Of a stretch of 64,000 nucleotides of DNA, positions 1 to 17,079 are shown in pieces. The position numbers and the translations under genes are program-made. The stretch lies in the NCBI RefSeq assembly GCF_009914755.1, contig NC_060927.1, one strand, 5' to 3'. The stretch comes from the human T2T-CHM13v2.0 reference genome, Homo sapiens. The number at the start of each line of letters is the position of its first letter. Positions within the stretch are counted from its first letter, which is position 1. Below the pieces are notes generated by a model. It saw only the letters and a list, made by a program, of their open reading frames with translations, had not been told where the DNA came from and did not search any database.

Positions 1-548
1 ACCCCCAAGGGCTCCAGAAACCAGAGCCAAAGTGCCGAGGACATCAAACTCAAGTGTCACCAAGGCCTGAGCTCAGCTGCTCCCTCAGTATTTGCAAAAT
101 GTCCTGCCCACACTCTTCCTCACATCTTCCCTTGGTCATTTTCAGGAGCAGATGAGCTGAGGTTACATGCAGCTGATCCCAGACCTGCTGGTTAATTATC
201 TTGGCCTGTAATTAGTGTTTCCTATTCCTCATGCCTTGCCAACTCATGAAGTTAATGTATCATTTCTGTCTCTGCAGAAACTCCTTTGGGAGGGCTCTGA
301 GGTGGCCACAAAATAAAACTCTCTGGCAGCGGCAGACTTTTGAAGATGTTCCATCTGCTGACTGTCCCATCACCCTGAGCCAACCCCTTGGCATCATCCC
401 TGGTTCTTTTCTCCATGTCAAACTCTACACCAGTCATCAGGTCTTGCCAAGGTTCCCTCCTGAACATTTCTTGGAGGTAACTTTGTTTCTCCATCTTTAT
501 GTCCTTTGATTTGCTCAGCACTCACTGTCTCTCACTTGGACCTCTTAG

Positions 549-932
<384 letters not shown>

Positions 933-1324
933 CAGAGAAATCTTTCTAAACTGCCAGTTTGGCTGTGTCACTCTCCTACCTCAAGTCTAGCTGCGTGAGT
1001 TTCACATATAATGCCCTCTGCAATACAGCCTGCCTGTTTTTCTACCCTCTCTTCCACCTGGCTTTTATACTGTACTAATTCAGAACTGCTGTATTTACTC
1101 CCTCTTCTCTCCTGTGCATATCCCAACACATATGTACATGTGCATACACACATGTCTTCTCACATATGTACACACACATCATCCATCCATCTGCTCCATG
1201 ATCAGGAGGACAGAAGAGGGGATAGAAAGGGGACTTTACTGCCTAAAGCAAACACCCTCAGTGCCAACATGAGGAATGGGAGAACAGACTCATTCTATGT
1301 GGACTTGGAGACAGGACTGAAAAC

Positions 1325-1530
1325 TGTGAGTTCATTTCAATGTAAAGAATCATTACTTGACAATTGAAGTTGTCTGAATACATGGCGGGCGCCCCGGGAA
1401 ATAGTGAGCGTGCCGCTGGGATAACTCAGCACAGCCTGTCTGTCTCAGATGCTTCAGGTGCAGTTCTCACTCCGGGCATCACCTGGGAGTCAGTGACCTT
1501 CAGGTGACATTCTGATTGCATGATTCTATA
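1325..1530 (+). mobile_element. Ancient L3/CR1 3' fragment
   Basis: Loosely resembles the recalled CR1/L3 3' consensus (TTCAATGTAAAGAATC...GAAATAGTGAGC...ATTCTATA); heavily diverged. Confidence 0.4.
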
Positions 1531-2497
1531 AATCTCTGATAGAAAGTCCAGATCCAATTCCGCTATTTCCAGAAAAGACTTTCCTGTTTGAGGAAATCTC
1601 TCACCTCCCCAAACATGGTGCTCCCATGTAATCTACTCATGGGGGTGGATCACACAGTCATAATCCACTCTGTTATCTCCTCTTCCCACTAGCTTATGAC
1701 AAGAATCTGAGCCCAAGAGAGAAGAAGGGATTTGCCTAAAATTACAGAACTGCTAAGGGAGCATAATTAGGGTTCCTAACCATTAGAAACCCCCCCACCC
1801 GCACACACATACACTCCACACACTTCCCCTACATGGCCAGTCTGCATTAGACACTGAAAGCTTTACCACACACAACCCCACGCTCGAATTGCTTCCTATG
1901 TTCAGTGGAGTCACACTTGCTCTCATTTAACTACCTGAGCTTGATGGGGAAGAAGAGCAGGAAAGTAATTTGAACAGTTTGGGGAGGCCGCCTGACCTTC
2001 TGCTCATTAAGCAGAGCCCCAGCCCAGGCTGAGGGTAGGATGGCAGCCGAGTGCCTGCCGTTTCCTCAATGTGTCTCATTCCCTGAGTGCTGCTCAGAGT
2101 TGTAGGCATCCTGAATTACACGGCTGCTAAACGCAAGCTGGCGACTTCATCTGAGGCATTATCCACAAGCAGAAATCATTTCCAGCCCTGGAGGACCGAC
2201 TGCTGGCATCGGACTCATAGAGGAATGTAAAGTCAATTTGCATTGTGGGGACTTTCTGAGAGGGTTAAGAGGGAAATTATGATGCTGTATCCTTTCCCTT
2301 CGCAAGCTGCAGGTTTTAGGGTACTGCTCCACTGTGTGAGGTCTCCCACCACTTCTGGTGCAGACCACATGATGGGAAGGCATCAGGCTTCCTTTCTGCA
2401 ACTTGTACTCCTCACAGCAGCCTGAGAAGGGATGGTGCTGGGCACCCAGTGTTTCAGGAAGTAGTTATTGAATAGTTGCTTAGAAAACAACTTACCT

Positions 2498-2818
<321 letters not shown>

Positions 2819-3061
2819 TTACCTTAGCCTTTCAGGATTGGTGTGGTATTAACAGAAGGAATATTAGTCTAACAGTTAGGTACCCCAAGTATGCTCTCTT
2901 ACCAGTTCTGTGATTTTAGGCAAATCTCTTCCTCTCTTGGGTTCAGATTCTTTATCGGTGTGTGGGCGGCAGCAGGGTGAAGAGGGAGAAGGTAATTGGA
3001 TTACAGGATGGCCACTCTCCCTTCCCATGTGGATATGCTAGGATTTTCTGAGTTTTTGTTT

Positions 3062-3262
3062 CAGAGGTCAGCAACATTTTTCTGTAAAGGGCCAGAGGGT
3101 TTAGGCTTTGTGGACCACATGGACTTTGTCACAGCTACTCAACACTTCATCGTTGTGTGAAAGCAGCCATAGACAATAAATAGATGAATGAGCCTGGCTT
3201 TGTTTCATTACAATGTTCTTTACAAAGCAAGTGGAAAGCTGAACTTGGTTTGCTGATCCCTG
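3062..3262. mobile_element. MER58A-like hAT DNA transposon
   Basis: Termini CAGAGGTCAGCAA and TTGCTGATCCCTG, with a MER58-type interior. Confidence 0.7.
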
Positions 3263-5281
3263 GTTTGTAGGTGCTTGTTCTAGCCTCTTCTATCTATTCT
3301 CCACACAATAGGGCTTTCTTACTCAGGCTGAAGTGAGTGGTGGGGACTCCTTTCTAAACCAGTCTGTTGCCTACCTGTGGCAAGACTCCTTACTTCTCCT
3401 CTGCCAGAGTCAAAGGATTCCAACTGAAGTAAGACTTTTCTTAGATTATTTCAGAGTTCTGCTTAATTTAGAGGCAAGAACCATGTGGTAAGAAAAAGTA
3501 ACAGCAGTTGAACATCTTCACTTCTGCCATAGAAGCCCAGGTTTTCAAGACATCCCAAATCACTATGATGAGAGAAACATTTAGCTAATAACTAATATGT
3601 TCAATCTTTTCAGTAACAAGACCTATAGAGAATATCTCAAGAGCTGGACATATTTGCCTCCTAAGCTTGATATCCAAAGTCCTCTTGATTTAGCGTCAGC
3701 ACCTTTTATACAAACTCCTATAACTACTACCAGACATGGCATCCATTCTATCACTTCTAAGCTTCAAGCAAGGTGATCAGCCTATCTGTGCCTCAGTTTT
3801 CTCAATCAAATGAAATAATTTGTTTCAAGAGCTCTGCACAACTCCTGGCATACAGTAGGCACTTGATAAATGCTGTGGATTAGCTCCTTGTACCATGAAC
3901 AGTCCTCACACTCACCTGCCTCTCAGGTAGTGCCTTGACTCACCTTCCTCCTGGCATGTCTGCGTTCTTCTCATTCTCAAGATTCAGCTCCAATATTGAC
4001 TGGCTAGGAAAGTTTTCCCGATTCTCTTGGTAAGAATAATCTTCCCAAGTTCCACTCACTCCTTAATTGAACCTCCTACTTCTACATATCACAGTTATTT
4101 TCTACTTTGTCATAGTTTGTTAGTACCTGATACTATAAATATCTTAGGAACAAAATAGGTCTCCAGGTCTTTTCTGGATCCTCTCCAAGGTGCTGAACCA
4201 AGGGCTTCAATATATAAAGGATTCTTGGTAAGTGTTGGTTGAATTCATCAATTAGGTAAATCAAACAAAGCCTCAACAGCCAGATTGATTTTCCTTTCAT
4301 TTTGCATTCTTCTTACACTTTGGTTTCATGAGGATGGGGCTCTACTGTCAGTTTCAAGTCTCATTCATTTCCTAACAAGGCTCATTAGTTTTCAGAATAT
4401 ATTGGACATAACTGACAGAGATGTGATTTTCATCCAGGTTTCTTTCGAGCATGGGGGAATGGACTTTCTTGATAACTTGTATCCTATAAATGTATCCATT
4501 TACACCACATCTAGGCCCAGACTGGAGGCTTTGCGTTCTGAGCCTCTGAAGTAGTAGGAGCAGGTGGGCTTGGAGTCTAGGACTCGAGAGAAAATTTGTC
4601 AAATTTTACTAATTAATCTGGGATTCCTCTCTCCCTCTGCCTGACAGGGTGATGCCAATGGGCTGCAGCTAGTTATTTTACTGGAGAATTCCCATTGTAA
4701 TTTTTTCTGTCATTAGTGAAAGAGAAGTCTGTGTGCATTAGCCACATGTTGCAGTCATACTTTACCCCCAATTTACAATACATATTTGCTCCTCCTTGAT
4801 TTCAAATTCATGGAGTTAAATTTAACTTCAGGGAGATTTTGGTTCCCAGGCCTACAACACTTGCCAAGTACTGAATAAATCACAGGTTTTAGAAAATTGA
4901 AAAGGGACTCGGAGATTAAGGATTTGAAGGTCCTATGCATCAATCTCCCCCAACATTTCTGAGAGAGGGTTGCGTGCCTTCCTTACAAATGCTTCCAGTG
5001 ATGGGATGTTTTATTACTATTTGAGGCAATCCATTTTTTTTCTTTATTATAACTCTCATTCTCATTGACATTAATAGCAACATCAGCTTTCTTTCTAATG
5101 GTGGTTTATCTCCCATAAAGTATTTTCACGTTTGTTTTGTTCGATTTTTCACAAGGTTATTGGGGAGTAGCCTGGGTTTATTCTACCATGACTGCTTCAC
5201 TGATGAGGAACATAGGTCCCTCTGGCTCCCCACCATGAATCTAGTGCAGGGTCCTCTGACTCTACATATAAGGTGCTTTCA

Positions 5282-5588
<307 letters not shown>

Positions 5589-7442
5589 GTCCCTTTTTAA
5601 AGATAGTAATTATTTTTACTTTCCAATTTACAAATAATGGAATGTATTTTCTAAGGGGGTAGAAGGGAAATGAAATATTCTATCTATATGCTTTGAATTC
5701 ACTCCCTGTCTCAGCACTCACTATGTGGCCAGAGACCAGAGAAGAAAGGAAGCCTGGAAGAGGTCCCACCTACCTGACTGCAGCCTCGGTTTTCATGGAG
5801 ATGATTTAGGCAGTGTCTGGGGATCTGCTTGCCATGGATGATAGCCTGCCCCTCAGAGGACAAGGAGAAAAGTGTGGGAGAAGCCCAGCCTTCCAGTTAG
5901 TATACAGCTCGTAGCCCCAGGAGAAGCTCAGCCTTGCTGACACCAGCTATCCTGGTGGGTCTCAGTCCTGTAGAGGGGCACGGCTCTTTAGCAGTGCTCA
6001 CTTTTCCCTCTCCCTGAACCTGGAGAAGTTTGTGAACCTAATGGCCTTTCTCTCTCCTCAGTTTAGAAATCCACTCCTCTCTACCCCATTGCTGTTGATC
6101 TACCTGGAAAGGGACAAACACCTTGAAGTAAGTCCTTCACAGCCTAGCCTTCGTAGTGTTGAAGGGACTTATACTGGCTGATGGTGCTGGTAGGTCTAGG
6201 CCTGTGTTCATAAGAATGAAAATAGAAAAAAAAAAAAAAGTAAAAGACTATGACATAAATAGTGGACATTTGAGGGAAATAGAAGCCTAAAGGGAGAAAT
6301 ATGATATTGACAAGTCAAAATAAAGTAGGGCTGGTTTAAACAGAATAGGAGAAAGAAGAGATCAAAAGAGAGAACTCTGATACAAATTCTCAATGAGATT
6401 CAGGAAGATATTACTTAAGAGAAAACTCATAGTAAGAAAGAAATCTCAGAAATTAGGAAGAAAATTTAAAAATGATTTCTGAAATTAAAATGATCTTTAG
6501 AAGGAGTGAAAATATGTGGAGAGGCTGAAAATTGAATTATTGATCTTTAGACAGACTTAAAAATATACTCCACAACATAAAGCAAAAAAAAAAAAAAAAA
6601 AAGACAAATTAATGAAAACGTTAGTAAAAATGAAAGAGAAATGGAGGGTAGATTCAGGATGCATAACTTAAAAAGATGTGCAGCTCTGGAGGAGAAAGAG
6701 AAAAGAATGAGGAAACAATAACATAAAAAGTTTAAAAAAAATTCCTGGAGCTGAAAAAAGATTTTTGACTGGAAGTCAAAGAATTATGTACATAATTAAT
6801 GAAATAACAGAAACATTTTCTTGTGAAAACTCTAATTTCCAGGAATAAAAAAGCACGTTTTGTAAGTTTTTAAAAAGACAGAATAGGTTACTTACAAGGG
6901 AAAGGAAATAATTTGACATTAGAGTTCTTATCTTCAACAACGGAAGCTAAAGACACTGGGAAATATTCAAAGAATATCAGTGGGAGAGGGCTGTGATTAC
7001 AGGATCTTCCACAGCCAGAGACTAGAAGGACTCCAAAAGTATGAACCCATGAGCCTCTTACAGAGAACTTGAAAAAGCATGCCTTCCAAATTAAAATTTA
7101 ATCAGGAAAAAAGATTGGGGGAGATGAAATACACAAGAAAAATATTGATTCTCAATGAATCCAGTAAGTCTTATTTTAAAATATAAATCAAGTTTCTTAT
7201 GGAAGAGGAAGCACTAAAAGAAATATTTTAACAACTCAGACAGAGTAGAAATTCCAATCATTTTAACAGGCACAAGGAAGACAGAGTAGGAGAAAGCACT
7301 CAGAGTCTCCTCTTGAGGGAATATAAACATAGTTACTTCACTTTCTAAGTTTTGTATTTGCATAAAGTTTAAGTGTGTTTGTTAAATGTTTAAAACTAAC
7401 CATTAGTAAAATAGAAATACGTAGTAGAACTAAAACAAATCA

Positions 7443-7860
<418 letters not shown>

Positions 7861-9336
7861 ACCTCAAGCTTTCAAATGGTTTCAGTGAATAATTCTACTA
7901 AACATTTAAGGAAGAAGTAATGTCAATCTTACACAAACTATCTCATATAATAGAAAGAGGGAGCAATCTCTAACTTGTTTTTTTAAGGTTAATGTGGTTT
8001 TGATATCAAAATCTGACAAGAGTGGTATGCAAAAGAAATATTATAGTTCATTTTCACTGAAATATAAAGTCCTAAACAAAATAGTGACAAGTGGATTCTA
8101 GCAATATATAAAAAAGACAATGCATCCCATTTAAATTGACTTCTTATAAAAATTTAAGGATCATTTAACAACAACAAAAAATCATAAATGAATTTGCCAC
8201 ATGAATAGAAGAGAAGATATCATATAATCACAGAAACATAAAGAAAAAATATTTAGTAAAATTTAAGATCTATTCATGATAAAAGCTCTTAGCAAGCCTG
8301 CAAGGTAGTTTCATAAAACCTTCAGCAAATTCACACATCATGGTGAAATGTTGAAAGCTTCTCTCTCAAAGTAGGAACAATACAAAATGCCCAAGTTCTG
8401 CTTTTGTATTGACTATTATTCAGGGGACTCTAGTTAGAGTAGTAAGTAAAGTAAATAAAAGAGTATGAAAGATTTTAAAGGACAGATTAAAATGGTAATT
8501 TTCATGGACATATGATTATATATGTAGAAGATCTAAATAAATCTATAGATAAATTATTACAATAATTTTAAAATTTAGTAAGTTTTCTAGATACAAAATT
8601 AATGTACAGAAATCAGGTGTATTCATACATACCTTTAACAAACAGTTAACACATAAAATTCTAAAAATATATATTATGAGTATAAAACATATCAAATATC
8701 TAGGATCAAATCTAACAAAAGATGTGCAAGGTCTCTCTTAAGATGAGCAGAATATTTCTGAGAGACATTAAAGAAGAACAAACTAAATGGAGTGATATAA
8801 CACACTCCTCATGGACTGGAAGATAGTGTTGTAAATATGACACTTCTTTTAGATTATACTGAAAATTCAATGCAATATCAATCAAAATCCCAAAGAATTA
8901 TTTTTTTCCCAAATTTCCCAAAGGAACTTCAGCTGATTATGAAATTTATATGGAAATTTAAAAAGTCAAATACCCAGAATACTTTTAAGAAGAAACCAAG
9001 GTAGGAAGCCATGCTATATAAGGTATGAAGACATTATAAAATCACAGTGATTAAAACACTATAATATCAGCACAAGGATGTAGTCAATGAACTTGACTAG
9101 AGAAGCCACAGACAGACTCCAGCAGAGATAAGTACTTGATATGTGATATAGGTCATAATGCAGAGCAGTAGAGAAACGGTATTTTTTTTATCTAAGTAAA
9201 AGATACTAAGCTTGATCCCTATCTCACAACACGTGCAAAAACTAATTTCAAGAGATTTGAGACCTAAGTGTGACAGACTTAACAAAAAAATACATATTTT
9301 TATAAGATAAAATAGAAGAATTTCTATTTCCAGTAA

Positions 9337-9668
<332 letters not shown>

Positions 9669-10784
9669 TATAAAGTTAATTTAAAAAGACAAGAAAAACA
9701 CACATTTCTTTTCCATAACAGAATGAGAAGTTTGAGTATATTAAAATGAAGAAATTTTGTTAATCAAAAGATATTATTGAGGGTGAAAAAACAAGCCATA
9801 GAGTGGGAGAAGATTTTTACAACAAGAGATTCGTATGAAGAAAATATAATTCAAAAAACAAATAAATAAGAAAATGGCTGACAACCCAATAGTTACCAAG
9901 AATTTTGAACAGACATTGCACAAAAGAGAAAACTTAATGGGAAATTAACATGTGAAAAAGCACCGCTTTCATTAGTAATCTCAGGGATGCACAATTAGGA
10001 CCACTGGAACGTATCACTATGTAGTCACCAGAATCATTATCGTCAAAAAGACTAATCATGTATCACTGAGAATGTGAGCCAATAGAAACTCATACATGTC
10101 TGTGGGACTTATAAATAGATACAATCCCTTTGTACAATATTTGGCAAATCCCAAATTTGATGATACACAGTATGTGTATCATACAATACAATCTACTTAT
10201 TGTTGTGTAATCAATGTAAATGTATGCACAAGAAATTTGTTTAAGAATATTCATGGCAGCACTATATGAAATAGCCCCAAAGTGGAAATAACCCAAATGG
10301 CAGACAATAGTGGAAGAGAAAAATAAATTAACATATATTTAAACCATGGAATAGTATAAAGCATCATTAACAACCCAAAAAGCTATAGCTCCCCAAAAGG
10401 CAAGTAAATCTTTAAAAGATAATACTGAGCAAAAGAAGTAAAACAACAAATTTATACTAAATAATTTTTATAGTGTAAATTTAATAAAGGCAAATCTAAA
10501 CCTTGAAGTAAGGAATACACACTTTGGTGGATGATATATGAAGAAGAGAAAGGAGACAATTCCTATAAAAGTCACGAGAGTGGTTAATACTTGAGGGTAA
10601 GATTGAAAAGAACTGTTGGCTTTTAGAGTTCCATCATATTCTACATTCTGTTACTGGGCCTGGGTAGTGAACAGATGAGTCTTCTTTAAGTCACACATTT
10701 ACGTTTTATGCATCTTTTTCTGTATGCTATATTTTGTAATCAAATATTTTATAACCAAACAAACCATAAAACCCAAAGGTTTTC

Positions 10785-12436
10785 TTTCTATGGCTGGTTT
10801 ATTTCACTTAGCATAATGTTCTCCATGTTCATCTATATTGTTGCAAATGACAGATTTTTCTTGTTTTTTTTTTTTTTTTTTTTTTTTTTCTGAGATGGAG
10901 GGAGTCTCACTCTGTCGCCCAGGCTGGAGTGCAGTGGCGCGATGTCAGCTCACTGCAACCTCCACCTCCTGGGTTTAAGCAATTCTCTGCATCAGCCTCC
11001 TGAGTATCTGGGAGTACAGGTGGGTGACACCCTGCCCGGCTAATGTTTGTATTTTTAGTAGAGATGGGGTTTCACCATCTTGGCCAGGCTGGTCTTGAAC
11101 TCCTGACTTTGTGATCCACCCGCCTTGGCCTCCCAAAGTGCTGGCATAACAGGCATGAGCCACCGTGCCCAGCCACAAAGGACAGGTTTTTCTAAGGCCA
11201 AATAGTATTCAGTGGATAGAGGTACAACAGTTTGTTTATCTTTTCATCCACTGATGGACACTTAGGGTGATTTCACATCTGACTATTGTGAATAATGCTG
11301 CAATGAACATGAGTGTGGAGTTATGTCTTTGACATACTGATTTCATTTCCTTTGGATATATAGCCAGTAGTGGGATCATATGTAGTTCTATTTTGAGAAA
11401 CACCTCCACTGTTTTCCATAATGATTATAGTAATTTATATTCCCACTAACAGTGTACAAGTATTCCCTTTTCTCCACATCTCACCAACACTTGTTATCTT
11501 TTGTCTTTTTGATATAAACCATTTAAACAAGTGTGAGGTAATATCTTATTGTAGTTTTAATTTGCATTTTCCTGATGATTAGTGATGTTGAACATTTTTT
11601 TTCATATACCTGTTGGCTATTTGAATGTCTTCTTTTGAGAAATATCTATTTATGTCCTTTGTTCATTTTTAAATTGGGTTTCTTTCGTCCTATTGAATTG
11701 TTTGAGTTCTTTATATATTCTGGCTATTAACCTCTTATCAGTTACATAGTTTGGAAATATTTCCCCCCATTCTAGAGTTGGTCTCTTTACTCTGTTGTTT
11801 CCTTTGTTATGTGTAAGCTTTTTAGTTTGATGCAATTTCATTTGTCCACTTTTGCTTTTGTTGCCTGTGCTTTTAGAGTCACATCCAAAAGATTTTTGCT
11901 GAAGCCGATGACAAGCAGCTTTTATCCTACTTTTTTTCTAGAAGTTTTATAGTTTTAGGGCTGATATTTAAGTCCTTACTCCATTTTCAGTTGATTTTTA
12001 TATATAGGATAAAATAAGGGTCCAAATTCATTTTTCTGCATGTGGATATTCAGTTTTCCCAACACTGTTTATTGAAGAGACTATTTCCCAATTGTGTGTG
12101 GAATCTAAAAAAAGTTGAACCCATAGAAGCAGAGAATAGAATGGCGATTACTAGAGGCTGGGGCAGCAGGAGTGGGGTGGTGAAGGGGAGATGTTGGTCA
12201 AAGGGTGCCAAGTTTCAATTAGATGGAAGGTGTCAATTCTGGAGATCAGTTGTACAGCCTAGTGACTATATTTAATAATAATGTACTGTATACTTGAAAA
12301 TTGTGAAGTTCTCACCATAAAAAATAAGCATGTCACATGATGGATATGTTCATTAGCTTGATTTAATCACTCCACAATGTACACGTATATAAAAAAATCA
12401 CATTTTGCCTCATAAAAGCATATAATAAAATAAATA
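10785..12436. mobile_element. L1MA-type element with 5' inversion (minus 10785-12092, plus 12093-12436), interrupted by an Alu
   Basis: Minus-strand L1 ORF2 3' region abuts a plus-strand L1MA 3' end beginning TGTGGAATCTAAAAAAGTTGAAC. Confidence 0.75.
10861..11175 (-). mobile_element. AluS
   Basis: Full Alu inside the L1, with a degenerate TSD GACAG(A/G)TTTT. Confidence 0.92.
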
Positions 12437-12740
12437 GGCTGGGCGTGGAGGCTCATGCCTGTAATCCTAGCACTTTGGGAGGCCAAGGTGGGCGGTTCAC
12501 GAGGTCAAGAGATCGCCATCCTGGCCAACATGGTGAAACACCATTTCTACTAAAAATAACAAAAATTAGCTGGGCATGGTGGCACGTGCCTGCAGTCCCA
12601 GCTACTTGGGAGGCTGAGGCAGGAGGATCATTTGAACCTGGGAGGCGGAGGTTGCAGCGAGCTGAGATCACGCCACTGCACTGCAGCCTGGTGACAGAGC
12701 GAGACTCCGTCTAGAAACAACAACAACAAAAACAAACATA
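12437..12740 (+). mobile_element. AluSc-like
   Basis: Full Alu inserted in the L1 A-tail. Confidence 0.92.
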
Positions 12741-13514
12741 AATAAATAAACACACATGTAAAAACATTTCAAAAATAAATTTTGAGGCCAGGAGTAAAAA
12801 TGGAAAAAGATAATATTTTCTATTTGATTTAAAACATCAAGACCATATTTGTCATAAACTTATATGCACTTTAAACAATGTATTGCTAGATATAGAAAGC
12901 ACAGTTCTTAGATATAAGAATAAAATTTGACTCACTAGAATTAAATAATTTTTATTCATTCCAATTTTTCTGTACAAAAAAGAGTTTTTAAACACCTTGT
13001 CTTTAAATTTAATTGACCAAATAGACCAAAAATAGAATATTAATGAGTTTAGTCACATAATTAATAGGATGAATTTACTAGATAATCTAGTATATGGTAC
13101 CTTATAAAGAATGTATATTATATGCCCATAGAAGCAGGAAAAAAAATGTGTACTGCATTCTAGGACTATCACACAATCAAGCTAGATCCACATAAATGCT
13201 AGATCAAAACTGAGACCTACTGAAAAAAACAAAAACTAAACAAGTAAAATCTCAAATTTCTTTAAAAAATTGTAAATCAAATCAAAACTATATTCTGAGA
13301 TCTAAAAATCAACAAAAATAAGAACAGTATACAGCAAAAGTATGGGCTGGTACTAAGCATAAGCACTATTCATACATTTAAATTCAAAAGGCCCAAAATA
13401 ACAACCAGGCCTTCAATTCAATACAGAAAAGTTAACAAAATAAGCCATATAGATGCATATATAAAATTATACAATTAATTAAATAAAAGCATAAATTAAT
13501 GACTCTGAATGCTA

Positions 13515-14168
<654 letters not shown>

Positions 14169-17079
14169 TCATGTCCTTCAGGCCATCTTTGCAGGTAATA
14201 AAGGGTGTATGGTATTTTAATTTCCCCCAGGTCAGTGTCTATCTTTCAATGTGTTGTAAATAAAGGTGGAAGGAGGTATGCGTTATTTGCTTTCCAACAT
14301 GTTCCAAGAATGCAAACAATATGAAAATCTGCCTACATCTTTTTATGGGGCTAGCATTGATATGTCTGATGCTAAAACTTGATGAGAGCACAAAACATAA
14401 ACATATAGAAAATTCTAATTTATAAGTGGTAAATGAAATCATGTCAAAGTGACTTAAGAAAAAAAGGGAGCTGATTTGTTCATATTACCAAAAGATATGG
14501 CAGAATGTTCTTCGGCATGCTGGAAACAAGTACTTAAAGCTTCCCTTTGTACTGGTTTCATTCTCAAGCACATTTTCACCTGGCTGTGGCAAGCTGTCTA
14601 GGTACAAGCTGACATTCTATTAGCTTGGTACTCCAGCAGAAGGAGAGCATCTCTCTGTTGGCAACTCCAGCACAAGTCCCCATAGTGGCATCTCACTGGT
14701 CCGGCTTAGTTCCCATGCCATCACTAAACCATTCACTGTGGCCAGAAAATCTGGTGCTCTAATTGGCCAGGAGTGAGTTATGTGCTCACTCCTAGGTTAT
14801 GGCTCAGTATTAGGAAGTCTATGAATATAAATGAGAATATTAACTATTTAAAAAGAAAAATCATGTGGGGAAAGGCATTATACTTGATTTAGCACTCATT
14901 TCTGGTTAGTTCATTCATTCCTTCAACATACATTTCTTAAGGACCAATTCTGTATGGTTTTCTGGTTTTGGTGTGGAAGTGAACAAAAACAAGCCAAACT
15001 CCCTGCTTTGTGGAGGTTACATATTAGGATTTAACATTGTATGCAGAATAGTAAGAAAGTTTAAATATGGTTAAAAAAAGTTAGATACTAAAAGCAAAAT
15101 GTATGTTAAATATGGCAGCACTAAAGACATTCCCATCCTAGAGTATTTATTTTAATTATCTTTTAGAGCACAATTTTAATAAGGTTTCTGGGAAGCGCAG
15201 ATATATATATTGAGTTTCTACTTGTTAAGGATCCTTTTTTTCTTTCCATTTTGCAAGTGAAAATAACTTGATAGATTTTTCAGACTCGAATATTTTTCCT
15301 TTAAACTCTGCAAAAGTTGCATCATATTTGCTGGAATTTAATATTAATGAGAAAGGACCTGAAGCCAACCTAATTTTTGTTGCTTTGTAGGTAAGCCATT
15401 TCCTCCCATCCCTGCCTGGATACATGTAAGACACCTCACCCAACCAATCTAAAAAAACTTAAAACTTACCAGAGTATGTGTATGTAGAAAACTCTATTGA
15501 TTAATTTTGATTGCTTCTTATGAAGTCCTTTCAAACCCGAACATGTCTTTTTTGACTCAGAAACATTTTTTTTCTTCTTTAATTGTTTCTCCTCAATTTG
15601 CACTTTTCTCCTACCATATTTTTTGTATACCTAAATGGGATCTTCTGCATTTGTTCTTTACATCTTTGTTTTTCAATGGTTCACCACCTTCTCTCTTTTC
15701 TTTGATTTTGGGAGACGTTTTTGAACTTTTGCCCTCCTGCTTTGGTTTTCCATGATATTTAGTGCCCCTTTGCCGTTTGAATTTTGTTGGTGATATTCTT
15801 TGTTTGCAGTCTTTAAAACTGCATGATGTCATTTTAAAAGAAATATTTATTTAAGATTCTCAGAATCCAAATGAAATGTTCTCTCTATTCCCTAGTAATT
15901 TTATTTAATATGAAGTTCTCTGATTTCAGAAGCCTGTCCTTCCCAGTATTGGATGTTGAGCCTGAATCGCTCAAGAACTATTTGTGGACCTTTTAAATTT
16001 TTAGGTCTAGACAAGGAGGGGCTGAATAGGTTTGGATATACAGCAGTTCTTCTTTGCCTGTCTGCATTCCTGAAGCCTGACAAGGGTAGGCAGAAGGCTC
16101 GAGAAAATGATGGTCAGGGTCTTGGAATTCTCTGCTCAGGCTTCTTTCCTTTCCCATGTTTCATGTGATCTGAGAGCTAGCTGGGGCAGTGGCCTCATTT
16201 GCTGACCCTCAGAGTTCCATGCCACCCGGCTCATATGTCCTCGGGCGTGCTCCAGTGTGCTGGCACTCCCTTCACGGTGCATGGACCAGGAAACCTAATC
16301 CAAACAAGTCTAGGCAATAAAGGGAATGAGCACTCAGTTCACTGAGATAAGCTGAACGCTACAGGACTTTTTCCTCATAGCCTAATGAGGTTGTCAAGGA
16401 CCAAGTTTCTTTTAGTCTTTGTTCTCTGCTTTCCAGATGTCTTCACCCCAAGCCAGACCTTCCTTAAGGAGACAAAAAATTTGCAGCAGTTCCCACAGTT
16501 CACGTCTGCACAGCACATGACCCAGTAGGAGATGGGACTGACTGGGTCAGACTGCAATACCTGAACTCCTTGTTATTGAAGAAGCATGAGGTCTCACTAA
16601 TTGGCTTATACTCATATTGGCATTGCCGCTGCCTCCAGGGCTGAGGTGGCGTTAATTCACTATTTCCTGCTCCGCCACACAGCTGCTACCCAGGTGAAAG
16701 GGTTAAATGGCTAAGGGATAGTCATCCGTAATATATTCAGGTTTTTAATGCCTCTTCTAAGTGTGTTCTCAGAATTAGCCAAGTGCGCAAGTGGTAGAGA
16801 TACACAGGGATAGATTTATTTACTTTTGTGAATCTACTATATTAATCATGTAGTTTGTTTAAATAGTGTGATTCAGTTTTGAGAGCAAAGTTGGGAAAAC
16901 CTCTTACCCGTTATTTTTATTTTACTTTGATACTCTGTTAAGTCAAACTCAATGAGTGGGGAGCAGGGAGGCTAATGGGCATTTATAGAATGACATTATA
17001 CTTTAATATTAAAATAGGAATATTTAGATTTACTTATATATGTAAGCAATTTTTTTTAGCATGTACTACTTGCCAGGTA

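Noticed and set aside
231-521. Overlapping ~90-aa ORFs at the window start
   Set aside because: No recognisable homology or exon structure.
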